Below are positions 17,946 to 26,405 of a stretch of 40,001 bases of DNA, in pieces (positions within the stretch are counted from its first letter, which is position 1; the number at the start of each line of letters is the position of its first letter). This DNA is from a virus (lineage: Duplodnaviria > Caudoviricetes). Location of the stretch: IMG/VR virus record IMGVR_UViG_3300046744_000065, positions 1 through 40,001 of that record. One strand, written 5' to 3'. Below the pieces are notes generated by a model that did not search any database, was not told the DNA's origin, and was given only the letters and a program-made list of their open reading frames with translations. The translations under genes and the position numbers were made by a program.

Positions 17946-17952
17946 ATATTAG

Positions 17953-18114
17953 TTAATCAAAGGCATCTCTTTTTTTTAAAACTTCTACCTGAGATTCGCA
18001 TCTGGGGCAAGATAAATTGGTCATTACTGAAAACTCTTCATGCTGTGGTAAAGACTCATCAACATCAATATCTCCTCCCCATATAAGGTCGGAATCGCAC
18101 CAATAGCATTTCAT
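17953..18114 (-). CDS. Small zinc-ribbon protein (53 aa)
   Basis: Own translation MKCYWCDSDLIWGGD...NLSCPRCESQVEV; two CxxC motifs. Confidence 0.7.
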   Translation of the reverse strand: MKCYWCDSDLIWGGDIDVDESLPQHEEFSVMTNLSCPRCESQVEVLKKRDAFD

Positions 18115-18257
18115 TTTTTTACTCTCCTTTTTTCTAAATCTTCAAATGGATCTGTTTCTTCCCACTTTCCATTTTTAAATATTTTTAATTTCTCTGCGTA
18201 ATCTGGATTAAACCATAATGTACCTTCTGGAAATTTATTAGGTTTTTTATTTTTCAT
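18111..18257 (-). CDS. Hypothetical protein
   Basis: ATGA-coupled to the Cro-like gene; start at 18257 preferred over 18308. Confidence 0.55.
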   Translation of the reverse strand: MKNKKPNKFPEGTLWFNPDYAEKLKIFKNGKWEETDPFEDLEKRRVKK

Positions 18258-18490
18258 TCTCTTCCCATCACCAAATCGTATGCTGAAATATTTAAATTTA
18301 ATTCCCATGCTTTTTCAAGTACTTTTTTTTGTACTGTCGCAGGGATGCATCCATGAAGTTTACTCCATTTAGAAATTCCAGATGGATCTTTATTGATGGC
18401 TCTACCCATTGCACGAACCCCACCAAATTCAAGTATACATACTTCAACTGGTGATAAAATTTGGTGTTCTGGTGGAATCTTTGATTTCAT
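18254..18490 (-). CDS. Cro-like HTH regulator (probably leaderless)
   Basis: FGGVRAMGRAINKDPSGISKW...IP Cro/YdaS-like pattern; the ATG at 18490 lies 6 nt after a TACAAT -10 box. Confidence 0.75.
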   Translation of the reverse strand: MKSKIPPEHQILSPVEVCILEFGGVRAMGRAINKDPSGISKWSKLHGCIPATVQKKVLEKAWELNLNISAYDLVMGRE

Positions 18491-18496
18491 ATTTAC

Positions 18497-18526
18497 ATTG
18501 TAGCAATAAGTACTACATTTAATCAA
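18497..18526 (-). promoter_or_regulatory. Sigma70 promoter with operator for the Cro-like gene
   Basis: TTGATT-N18-TACAAT; operator TGTAG-N9-CTACA at 18499-18517. Confidence 0.7.
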
Positions 18527-18536
18527 GTAATTAGGC

Positions 18537-18564
18537 AAAAAAAAAGAGGGTTGTTACACCCTCT
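18537..18564 (-). terminator. Rho-independent terminator
   Basis: Minus strand AGAGGGT-GTAACA-ACCCTCT followed by a T run. Confidence 0.85.
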
Positions 18565-18715
18565 ATAAATTTTGTAGTGCGTAGTCAAGGCATTTGATAA
18601 TGTCTTCTCTACTTGGTGTGAAACCTGTATTGATTTCTATGTAATCTCTTAAATTACAATTTAAAGAATGAGTCAGGTTTTCAATTTGCTCATCGTTTAA
18701 TTTTTGTTTGTCCAT
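18563..18715 (-). CDS. Hypothetical protein (50 aa)
   Basis: Own translation MDKQKLNDEQIENLTHSLNCNLRDYIE...YALQNL; TAATG coupling. Confidence 0.55.
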   Translation of the reverse strand: MDKQKLNDEQIENLTHSLNCNLRDYIEINTGFTPSREDIIKCLDYALQNL

Positions 18716-18873
18716 TAGCAAAGTCCTTGTTTTGTATCAATAGCTTTTTCTATTTTTTCTAAAATAGATTTTCTTACTATTGGTTGATCAGGGTCACCGC
18801 ATGATGGATGAGAACCATATTTAAAACTAGATTTCATTTCTTGCAGTTCTTGTAATGTAAAAAATTCCTCCAT
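18715..18873 (-). CDS. Hypothetical protein (52 aa)
   Basis: Own translation MEEFFTLQELQEMKSSFKYG...KQGLC; TAATG coupling on both sides. Confidence 0.55.
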   Translation of the reverse strand: MEEFFTLQELQEMKSSFKYGSHPSCGDPDQPIVRKSILEKIEKAIDTKQGLC

Positions 18874-19100
18874 TAGTTTTCTCCTGTAAATGGTTTTTTG
18901 TAATGAAAAATGTTGAAATGCTTTATGCAGAACATTCTGATTGGATCAATTAAATAATCTCGTAAAAAATAAATTACATGATCTCTAATTGTTGGATCAT
19001 TAGGTACATACTCAAATTGATCTTCTGGACAATAGTTTTCAATTGAGTCTGGATCATTCCAGTTAATGTACTTGTCGATGTTGTGGTTGATTCTTTGCAT
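18873..19100 (-). CDS. Hypothetical protein
   Basis: Coupled ORF; GGAG RBS upstream. Confidence 0.6.
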   Translation of the reverse strand: MQRINHNIDKYINWNDPDSIENYCPEDQFEYVPNDPTIRDHVIYFLRDYLIDPIRMFCIKHFNIFHYKKPFTGEN

Positions 19101-19312
19101 TAGTTGTTCTCCAATAAATTCATCATCTCTTTGTATTGGTCGGGGCTGTAGGCTCTCTTGTCATTTGGTATGAAGTCTTGCCAATCATCAGTACCTTCTA
19201 CTCTGAAGCTAAGAATTTGATAATGGCTAAAAGTAGTGTCAGTACTTTCTGCAATAAAGTAATCAAACTTGCAACCGTCAACTTTTGAAATAAATTTTTT
19301 AATAGTGGTCAT
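19100..19312 (-). CDS. Hypothetical protein
   Basis: ORF in the early operon; AGGA RBS upstream. Confidence 0.6.
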   Translation of the reverse strand: MTTIKKFISKVDGCKFDYFIAESTDTTFSHYQILSFRVEGTDDWQDFIPNDKRAYSPDQYKEMMNLLENN

Positions 19313-19354
19313 TGTTTTAATTTCCTGTAAATAAAAAAAAGGATGTAGGAGTAA

Positions 19355-20335
19355 TTAAACTCCGTACATCTCCTTAAGTTTGTTTCTAGTGTCGATACCT
19401 TTATCGAATAGTGACTTGAGTCCTGTCTCGTCATTCTGCCAATGTCTGAGGTCATTTCTCAAAGTATTGTGCTTTTCGATGTCACCTGAGATGCATTTGA
19501 TTTGCCATGCTTCATCAAATTTGTAATCCATTCTTTTGGCAGTTTTATGAGATTCAGCTAAACCTTCTGGGCTGATGATTGCAGCTAGCTTTTTGATTTC
19601 TTTGTCAATCCACTTTTCCATTTGAACTGGTAGCTTCTGGAACTTCTCCCATTTAGCCATTTGCTTTTCATTCTGGATAGCTAGCTTTTCGTCACGCTTG
19701 GCTTGTCTGTCAGCATCTGTGATTGCTTGCTGTACTGATTTGCCTTCCTGTCTAGCTCCAGATCTGTTACTTCTGAATTGAACGTACTGAGTCATGTAGC
19801 CATTAGCTGAATTCTCACCGTAGCGGTAGTTATACATCATTTGTAATTTGATCTGGAAGTCTTCGCTACTATTAGTAAATCCAGTTATATAACCTTCGAT
19901 TAGGTTAAGTTTGCCAAGTTTTAGATCATCTTCCATAGGAATGTCTAATTGATCTGTAACTGCTAGATGGCTGTTAACTCTTTGTTCTGCTAAAGCAACG
20001 CTATGGTTTCTTTGCTCTCTGGCATTCTCGAAACAAGCCTTGAGGTCAACTATGCAACTCATTGGTCTGTAATAGTCATTAGTCATTTTCTTGTAGTAAG
20101 AATCCATTTCCTGATGGAATGTAATGTCTAGTAAACCTTTTGACTTTGCATACCAGTAAATCTTTTCTTCACCGTGCCATGTTTGCTCAGTATGAAAGGT
20201 CTTGCCTTCTTGCTCACGTTTTGCCCACATAGCATTGTAACGGTCTACATCTATTTGAACTGAAGCAATAAGCTTGTTGTAGATCTCATTCTCTAAGTGG
20301 TCTGCTAGGTTCTGTGGAAATTTGAACTGTGCCAT
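19355..20335 (-). CDS. First early protein, unknown function
   Basis: 326-aa ORF directly downstream of the leftward promoter; no family recognised. Confidence 0.75.
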   Translation of the reverse strand: MAQFKFPQNLADHLENEIYNKLIASVQIDVDRYNAMWAKREQEGKTFHTEQTWHGEEKIYWYAKSKGLLDITFHQEMDSYYKKMTNDYYRPMSCIVDLKACFENAREQRNHSVALAEQRVNSHLAVTDQLDIPMEDDLKLGKLNLIEGYITGFTNSSEDFQIKLQMMYNYRYGENSANGYMTQYVQFRSNRSGARQEGKSVQQAITDADRQAKRDEKLAIQNEKQMAKWEKFQKLPVQMEKWIDKEIKKLAAIISPEGLAESHKTAKRMDYKFDEAWQIKCISGDIEKHNTLRNDLRHWQNDETGLKSLFDKGIDTRNKLKEMYGV

Positions 20336-20389
20336 TGTGTTGTTAATTGAAATTAGTAAGTGACAAATCGGTGGACAACCGATACTTAT

Positions 20390-20418
20390 AGTGTGGCATA
20401 TTGCTCCACATAAGTCAA
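20390..20418 (-). promoter_or_regulatory. Leftward early promoter with operator
   Basis: TTGACT-N17-CACACT; operator TGTGG-N9-CCACA at 20392-20410. Confidence 0.6.
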
Positions 20419-20435
20419 CAAATTAATTTTAGATA

Positions 20436-20464
20436 TTGCGATACTTCTAATATTTCTCTATATT
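20436..20464 (+). promoter_or_regulatory. Rightward sigma70 promoter
   Basis: TTGCGA-N17-TATATT upstream of the ATG at 20490. Confidence 0.6.
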
Positions 20465-20489
20465 ATGAGTAATTTTATTTATATTTTTA

Positions 20490-20747
20490 ATGACGCTTGC
20501 TCCAGTACAAAAAACAGTTGTAGTAGGTGTTAATTCTAAAGGCTATCGAGTAAATGAAGATCATGTTCGATGTACTATTCCTAATTACATTGTTGATGCT
20601 CTCAGGGATTTACATGAAGACTTTGGTATTGGCTATGGAACATTAGCTAAAATTTTTAATATGAATAGATATACAATCGCTAAAATTTGCCGTTATGAAA
20701 GAAGAGCAGATTACCCAGATCGTTTCAAAACAATCAAAGTTAGGTAG
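20490..20747 (+). CDS. Small HTH protein, candidate late-gene regulator
   Basis: LRDLHEDFGIGYGTLAKIFNMNRYTIAKICRYERR HTH; first gene of the rightward arm. Confidence 0.65.
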   Translation: MTLAPVQKTVVVGVNSKGYRVNEDHVRCTIPNYIVDALRDLHEDFGIGYGTLAKIFNMNRYTIAKICRYERRADYPDRFKTIKVR

Positions 20748-21162
20748 ACCAGTTAAAAAACCTGATCCTGTAATTGTTGAAAACCTTTTAGTTCATGTTG
20801 CTAATGGTGGAACTGTTAGAGCTTTTTGTAGAGAAAAACATAATCCTTCTTACAATACGATTTATAGATGGTTAGATAAAGATAAAGAGTTAATGACACG
20901 CTTCACATATGTGAGCAGATTCTTAGGAGCTAGAGCAATTGCAGAGGAAGCTTTAGAGCTAGTCGATACTATCCCTCCTGTAATTGGTGATGGAGATAAT
21001 GCAAGGATGGATAATGCTCACGTTAACTGGATGAGATCAAGAGCAGATTTAAGATTAAAACTATTGTCTAAATGGTATCCGCAAGAGTATGGAGACAAAG
21101 TTGGTATTGATGCAAAGGGAGATATTAGTTTGACTATCAGTACTGGCATTCCTCAAGGATGA
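20695..21162 (+). CDS. terS: Terminase small subunit (Sf6-like)
   Basis: GRP...PS..TI.RWL...AEEALELVD...R..LLSKW.P..YGDKV; directly upstream of TerL. Confidence 0.85.
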   Translation: MKEEQITQIVSKQSKLGRPVKKPDPVIVENLLVHVANGGTVRAFCREKHNPSYNTIYRWLDKDKELMTRFTYVSRFLGARAIAEEALELVDTIPPVIGDGDNARMDNAHVNWMRSRADLRLKLLSKWYPQEYGDKVGIDAKGDISLTISTGIPQG

Positions 21163-22487
21163 GCAGCATTACCCTTGATTACACCCCTAGAGCATGGCAA
21201 AAGGAATGTCATGTAAAGAAACAAAGGTTTAGTGTTTACGCTCTTCATAGGCGATCAGGGAAGACAGAACTGGCAATAATGGAATTGATTGATAAGGCCA
21301 TAAAGACAGATAAAGAGTTGGCAATGTTTGTTTATGTTGCCCCCTTCCTGAGACAGGCAAAAGCGATTGCATGGGCTAGGTTAAAACAAAAGATAGAACC
21401 ATTGCGTAGAAACTCAGTTATAGACATTAATGAGGGTGAACTATCAGTCAGGTTTAAACATAACGGAGCAATCATTAGATTGTTTGGAGGTGATAACCCA
21501 GATGCCATGCGAGGATTGCGATTAGACGGAATAGTGATGGACGAAGTAGCCCAGTTAAAGAATGAGCTATGGACAGACATAGTGCAGCCAGCCCTTAGTG
21601 ACCGTCTAGGTTGGTCTATTTTTATTGGGACACCTAGCGGAATTAATCTATTTAGTGAGTTGTATTACAAAGCTATTGATGAGGACGAATGGGCAGCAGC
21701 AAGATTCACGGTTTACGATACCGATTCCCTACACCCCAATGAAGTAATTCGTCTCAAGCGAGACATGAGTGAGACTAGTTTCGCAAGAGAGTATTTATGT
21801 GACTTTGCAGCCCAAGGAGACGATCAACTGATAGCTCTAGCAGATACCGAAGATGCAGCCAAAAGAACATATCAAGCAGACCATGTAAAGATGTCACCTG
21901 TAGTGCTAGGTATTGACCCTGCAAGGTTCGGTGATGACAGATCTGTAGTATTCCGTAGGCAGGGAAAGCAAGGCTTCAAGCCTATTGTCTATCGAGGTAT
22001 AGATAACATGGATCTAGCAGCAAGAGTAGCCAACCTGATAGAGGAACATAACCCTGATGCTGTGTTCTGTGATGCAGGTGCAGGGAGTGGAGTAATCGAC
22101 AGACTAAGACAGTTGTCATATGACGTAATCGAAATACCATTTGGAGGTAAGGCAACTAAACCAGAACAGTACATCAACCGTAGGACTGAGATGTGGTGGT
22201 TAATGAAACAATGGATAGAAGAAGGAGGTGCAATACCAAATGACACCGCACTAAAACAAGAGTTAGCAACACCGATATATTGGTACGACAATGTAGGTAG
22301 AAGAGTATTGGAATCTAAGGATCAGATAAAGAAGAGATTACAGGGAGCAGGGTCACCAGATTTAGCTGATGCACTAGCCCTAACCTTTGCCCTCCCAGTA
22401 GCCAAGAAAGAGATGGAGGACATATACATTAAAAGACGCAAGGAAGCTACAGGTAAAGCAGACTATGACCCATACAAGGTTGTTTAA
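21159..22487 (+). CDS. terL: Terminase large subunit
   Basis: HRRSGKT, MRG...DE, IGTPSG, GIDPARFGDD and SPD.ADAL motifs. Confidence 0.95.
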   Translation: MSSITLDYTPRAWQKECHVKKQRFSVYALHRRSGKTELAIMELIDKAIKTDKELAMFVYVAPFLRQAKAIAWARLKQKIEPLRRNSVIDINEGELSVRFKHNGAIIRLFGGDNPDAMRGLRLDGIVMDEVAQLKNELWTDIVQPALSDRLGWSIFIGTPSGINLFSELYYKAIDEDEWAAARFTVYDTDSLHPNEVIRLKRDMSETSFAREYLCDFAAQGDDQLIALADTEDAAKRTYQADHVKMSPVVLGIDPARFGDDRSVVFRRQGKQGFKPIVYRGIDNMDLAARVANLIEEHNPDAVFCDAGAGSGVIDRLRQLSYDVIEIPFGGKATKPEQYINRRTEMWWLMKQWIEEGGAIPNDTALKQELATPIYWYDNVGRRVLESKDQIKKRLQGAGSPDLADALALTFALPVAKKEMEDIYIKRRKEATGKADYDPYKVV

Positions 22488-22530
22488 TAATGACATCACA
22501 GATAACATTTAGATGTATATCAAATTATTT

Positions 22531-23040
22531 ATGAATAGTGTGACCGTAAGTCCTGACAATACAGCTACTGTTGACGAAAGTAGAGTACCCAAAACCATCA
22601 TCAAACTCTGCACAGTAGATGAAGTAAAGGGAAAGTTGGATTTATTATTTCTTGAGCATTACAAAGAGATTGCTCGCAACAAAGGAATAATGAAACTAAA
22701 ACCAAACTACCCAATGTATTATGCAACTGAAAAAGTTGGAGCATTATTTATTCAAGTAGCTGTGCAAAGAAATGTTTTTATTGGTTATTCTATAAATTTT
22801 GTTAGTAATCATTTTCATTATGCCGACTTAAAGTATTGCCAGAATGATGTCTTGTTTATCAAGAAGGAATATAGAGGTGGTCGAGTTGGATTAAGGTTAA
22901 TGAAAGCTACAGAAAAACACGCAAAATCACTTGGATGCAAACTTATGCTGTGGCATTGCAAAGAAAACACTCCATTAAATCAAATTTTACCTAGATTAAA
23001 TTACGGAGTACAAGACATTATTTATTCTAAGGAGTTGTAA
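22531..23040 (+). CDS. GNAT-family acetyltransferase
   Basis: DVLFIKKEYRGGRVGLRLMKATEKHAKSLG acetyl-CoA binding motif A; start may be 22513 or 22531. Confidence 0.8.
   Translation: MNSVTVSPDNTATVDESRVPKTIIKLCTVDEVKGKLDLLFLEHYKEIARNKGIMKLKPNYPMYYATEKVGALFIQVAVQRNVFIGYSINFVSNHFHYADLKYCQNDVLFIKKEYRGGRVGLRLMKATEKHAKSLGCKLMLWHCKENTPLNQILPRLNYGVQDIIYSKEL
22538..22571 (+). promoter_or_regulatory. Putative late promoter, copy 2 (GTGTGACCGTAA-N16-TACTGT)
   Basis: Same 12-mer and spacing; lies inside the 5' end of the GNAT ORF. Confidence 0.65.
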
Positions 23041-23042
23041 TC

Positions 23043-23369
23043 ATGGCAGTTAACGCAGCAATTGCATTAGGAGCAGTTAGTGTTGGATATCAAATATATT
23101 CTGGCCAAAAACAACAAAAGGCACAAAAAGAACAATTAAGATTACAGGCACAATCTAATGAAGATGCCAAGGTAAGAGCAAAAGAAGCTGCTGACCGTGC
23201 TGATATAGAACAAAACAAAGCAAATAGACAAACAGCAAATGTAGGTGCAATACAATCTAAAGAAGAACAATCAGCATTATCAGGACCTGCTGGAACAATG
23301 CTTACTGGTTCGGGTGGAGTGGACAAGAATCAATATAACCTTGGCGGTAACACATTATTAGGTGGTTAA
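23043..23369 (+). CDS. Small virion-associated protein
   Basis: Hydrophobic N-terminus, Gln/Ala coiled coil, GT.LTG...TLLG C-terminus; precedes the portal gene. Confidence 0.65.
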   Translation: MAVNAAIALGAVSVGYQIYSGQKQQKAQKEQLRLQAQSNEDAKVRAKEAADRADIEQNKANRQTANVGAIQSKEEQSALSGPAGTMLTGSGGVDKNQYNLGGNTLLGG

Positions 23370-23372
23370 AAA

Positions 23373-25052
23373 ATGAAAACAAAACGTGCAGAACTGTTAA
23401 GTAGGTGGGGTCACCTTAGATCAGAGAGAGCAACATGGTGGTCACATTGGCAAGAAGTCACTACATATCTGTTACCAAGGAACGGACGTTATTTTCAGCA
23501 AGATAGAAACAAAGGTCATAGAAGGCATAACTCGATATACGACAATACTGGTACAAGAGCATTAAGAACGTTAGGTGCTGGCATGATGGCTGGTGCAACA
23601 TCCCCTGCAAGACCTTGGTTTAGGTTAGCAACAGCAGATCCGGAGTTAAATAGTTATACACCTGTCAAGTTATGGCTAAATGATGTAACAGACCGTATGC
23701 AATTAGTGTTTACTAAGTCCAATACATACCGAACATTGCATGGAATATATGAAGAACTTGGTGCATTTGGTACAGCAGGGTCACTTATTCTTCCTGATCC
23801 CAAAACATCTATCCATCATTACCCAGTAACCATAGGAGAATATGCAATTGCTACGGATTATCAGGGCAGAGTTAATACTTTGTACAGAGAATTCCAAAAA
23901 ACAGTAGGAGAAATTGTAAGAGAGTTTGGATATAACAAATGTTCAACGTCCGTTAAGAACCTGTTTGACAGAGGTAACCTTGATAGTTGGATTACGATAG
24001 TTCATGCCATAGAACCAAGGGATGATAGGGAGCGTGACTTTAAAAAGAAAGACAATATGAACATGGCATACAAGTCTTGTTACTTTGAAGTAGGTGGAGA
24101 TGGTGAAGATGTACTAAGAGAAAGTGGATATAAAGATTTCCCTGCTGTTATTCCTAGATGGGGTATAGCTGGTGGTGATATTTATGGTAATTCACCCGGA
24201 ATGGAGTCATTAGGTGACGTAAAACAGTTACAACATGAACAATTACGCAAAGCACAAGGCATTGATTACCAAACAAAACCACCATTACAAGTACCTAGCT
24301 ACATGAAAAACAGAGATGTAGACAGTTTGCCGGGTGGGGTTACGTTTATTGATGGTCAACAGGGCAAAATTGAGACAGCATTTAACGTAAATCTTAATTT
24401 ACAACACTTGTTAATGGACATACAGGACGTAAGGCAAAGGATAAATGGTAGTTTTTATGCTGATTTGTTTTTAATGTTGGCAAATGCTACTGATACTAGG
24501 ATGACTGCAACAGAAGTAGCAGAACGACATGAAGAAAAACTGCTTATGTTAGGTCCAGTATTGGAAAGATTACATAATGAATTGCTAGATCCGTTGATTG
24601 ACATTACTTTTAACAGAATGATTGAGAGTAATTTAATACCACCTGCCCCAGAAGAATTACAGGGCATGGAATTAAGCGTAGAATTTGTTTCAATGTTGGC
24701 ACAAGCACAACGTGCTATTGGTACAAATAGTGTTGATAGGTATGTAAACAGTATGGGAGCAGTAGCACAAATGAAACCTGACGTATTGGACAAGTTTGAT
24801 TCTGATGCATGGGCTGATGGTTACGCAGATATGCTGGGTGTAGATCCTAAATTAATAGTTGCAGGTGAACGAGTAGCAATGATTCGTCAAGAAAGGGCTA
24901 CAGCACAACAAGCGGCAGCACAAGCTGAAGCAGAACAACGTGCTGTAGAAAATGCAACTAAATTAAATAACAGCAAAACTGGTGATCCATCTCTTATGGA
25001 TATGATGAACCAGTTTAGCGGTTACAATTCACCATCACCATTGGAGGTTTAA
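23373..25052 (+). CDS. Portal / head-to-tail connector
   Basis: TSPARPWF, PRW......YG.SPG and MTATEV..R..EK...LGP motifs of the T7/BPP-1 connector family. Confidence 0.95.
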   Translation: MKTKRAELLSRWGHLRSERATWWSHWQEVTTYLLPRNGRYFQQDRNKGHRRHNSIYDNTGTRALRTLGAGMMAGATSPARPWFRLATADPELNSYTPVKLWLNDVTDRMQLVFTKSNTYRTLHGIYEELGAFGTAGSLILPDPKTSIHHYPVTIGEYAIATDYQGRVNTLYREFQKTVGEIVREFGYNKCSTSVKNLFDRGNLDSWITIVHAIEPRDDRERDFKKKDNMNMAYKSCYFEVGGDGEDVLRESGYKDFPAVIPRWGIAGGDIYGNSPGMESLGDVKQLQHEQLRKAQGIDYQTKPPLQVPSYMKNRDVDSLPGGVTFIDGQQGKIETAFNVNLNLQHLLMDIQDVRQRINGSFYADLFLMLANATDTRMTATEVAERHEEKLLMLGPVLERLHNELLDPLIDITFNRMIESNLIPPAPEELQGMELSVEFVSMLAQAQRAIGTNSVDRYVNSMGAVAQMKPDVLDKFDSDAWADGYADMLGVDPKLIVAGERVAMIRQERATAQQAAAQAEAEQRAVENATKLNNSKTGDPSLMDMMNQFSGYNSPSPLEV

Positions 25053-25217
25053 ATGGAGTATCAAAAAAACAAAAAAGTAAAAATACCGGGAAATTTTAGT
25101 TTCGGTGATTTACCTGCTGAGACTAGAATGAGAATTCTAAAAATGCAAGATGAAGCAAGAAAGGAAGAAGAAAAAAGAAAATTAAAAACACTTTATAACA
25201 AATCAAAAATGGATTAA
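25053..25217 (+). CDS. Small basic hypothetical protein (54 aa)
   Basis: GGAGG RBS; own translation MEYQKNKKVKIPGNFSFGDLPAETRMRILKM...TLYNKSKMD. Confidence 0.6.
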   Translation: MEYQKNKKVKIPGNFSFGDLPAETRMRILKMQDEARKEEEKRKLKTLYNKSKMD

Positions 25218-25219
25218 TT

Positions 25220-25363
25220 ATGAAGAATCAAGGATTATGGGCAAACATTCACGCAAAGCGTAAAAGAATTAAAGACGGTTCTGGTGAACGTATGCGTAAA
25301 AAAAATAGCAAAGGAGCACCAACTAACGAAGCTTTAAAAAATAGCCAAAGTAAGAAAGCATAA
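25220..25363 (+). CDS. Small basic phage protein (47 aa)
   Basis: Own translation MKNQGLWANIHAKRKRIKDGSGERMRKKNSKGAPT...; motif recalled from many aquatic phages. Confidence 0.7.
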   Translation: MKNQGLWANIHAKRKRIKDGSGERMRKKNSKGAPTNEALKNSQSKKA

Positions 25364-25364
25364 G

Positions 25365-25398
25365 GTGTGACCGTAACACGGTTATGACTAGATATATT
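25365..25398 (+). promoter_or_regulatory. Putative late promoter, copy 3 (GTGTGACCGTAA-N16-TATATT)
   Basis: Intergenic; the ATG at 25404 follows the -10 box after 5 nt, suggesting a leaderless mRNA. Confidence 0.8.
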
Positions 25399-25403
25399 AG
25401 AGC

Positions 25404-25748
25404 ATGAGTGAATACAATCCTCTCGACCTCAAAAGTCAACAGAAATCTAAAGACAATAAAAAGTCTGAAGAAAGAATTGACCGCCAAAATGAAGAGTCGG
25501 ACATCAAATGGTTGATGAGCAGCAAGAGGGGTCGCAGATTAATCTGGAGACTTCTGGAGCAAGCAGGTGTTTTCCGATCATCGTTCAACACTAACGCAAT
25601 GGCAATGTCATTTAGCGAAGGTAACAGGAATTATGGTTTGCAAATACTAAACTTAATTCACACTCTCTGCCCAGAGCTATACCCGACAATGATTAAGGAG
25701 CAAAAAAATGTCAGACACGCTGATGACGGAAGCCAACCAAACAAATGA
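25404..25748 (+). CDS. Bbp19-like head assembly protein
   Basis: D.KWLM....GRR..WRLL...G...MSFSEG.RN.GL motif; between portal and scaffold. Confidence 0.8.
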   Translation: MSEYNPLDLKSQQKSKDNKKSEERIDRQNEESDIKWLMSSKRGRRLIWRLLEQAGVFRSSFNTNAMAMSFSEGNRNYGLQILNLIHTLCPELYPTMIKEQKNVRHADDGSQPNK

Positions 25749-26394
25749 AGGCGATACGCAGCAGCCAGTAGACGCAACAACTGAGCAATCAACTGAAGCA
25801 ACTACTGACACACAGCAGCAAGCTGAAGCTGTACAGGATCAACAAGGTTCGGATGAATCCTCTGTTGAAAGTGAAACTAGCGAATCAGAAGCACCCGAAG
25901 GTGCACCTGAGACATACGAGTTTAACGATAAGGTGGCTGACGCACCAGAAGAACTCGACCCCGAAGTCTTAACTGCATTCGGTGAAGTCGCTAAAGAACT
26001 TGACCTGCCACAGGACGCTGCACAAAAAGTAATTGACAAGGTTGCACCTGTCATGCAAGCCAGACAAGCAAAGATGGTTGAGCAAGTAAGAGTAGATTGG
26101 GCAAATGAAGCAAAAGCCGACCAAGAATTTGGTGGTGAAAATTTAAATGCCAATCTTGAAGTTGCTAAATCATCTTTAAATACGTTTGGTACTGATGCTT
26201 TGAAGTCGCTGCTGCAAGAATCTGGCTTGGGAAATCATCCCGAAGTAATTCGGTTTATGTACCGAGCAGGTAAGGCAATTAGTGAAGATGCTTATGTTGG
26301 TAATTCACAGGGTGCTAATGCTAAAAGCAATGGTATTCCTAAAGATTTTGACGGCATAGCAAACGCACTATATTCAAATCAGCAAAACAAGTAA
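25708..26394 (+). CDS. Capsid scaffolding protein
   Basis: Acidic disordered N-terminus, APETY, GLGNHP..IR......K.ISED; precedes the major capsid gene. Confidence 0.8.
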   Translation: MSDTLMTEANQTNEGDTQQPVDATTEQSTEATTDTQQQAEAVQDQQGSDESSVESETSESEAPEGAPETYEFNDKVADAPEELDPEVLTAFGEVAKELDLPQDAAQKVIDKVAPVMQARQAKMVEQVRVDWANEAKADQEFGGENLNANLEVAKSSLNTFGTDALKSLLQESGLGNHPEVIRFMYRAGKAISEDAYVGNSQGANAKSNGIPKDFDGIANALYSNQQNK

Positions 26395-26405
26395 GGAGTT
26401 ATTAA

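Noticed and set aside
18491-18538. Longer start (18538) for the Cro-like gene given in the ORF track
   Set aside because: The extension runs through the promoter/operator and begins in the terminator T-run; the ATG at 18490 fits better.
25095-25145. F-box-like string FGDLPAETRMRIL in the 54-aa ORF
   Set aside because: Too short, the rest of the F-box is absent and there is no eukaryotic context; probably chance.
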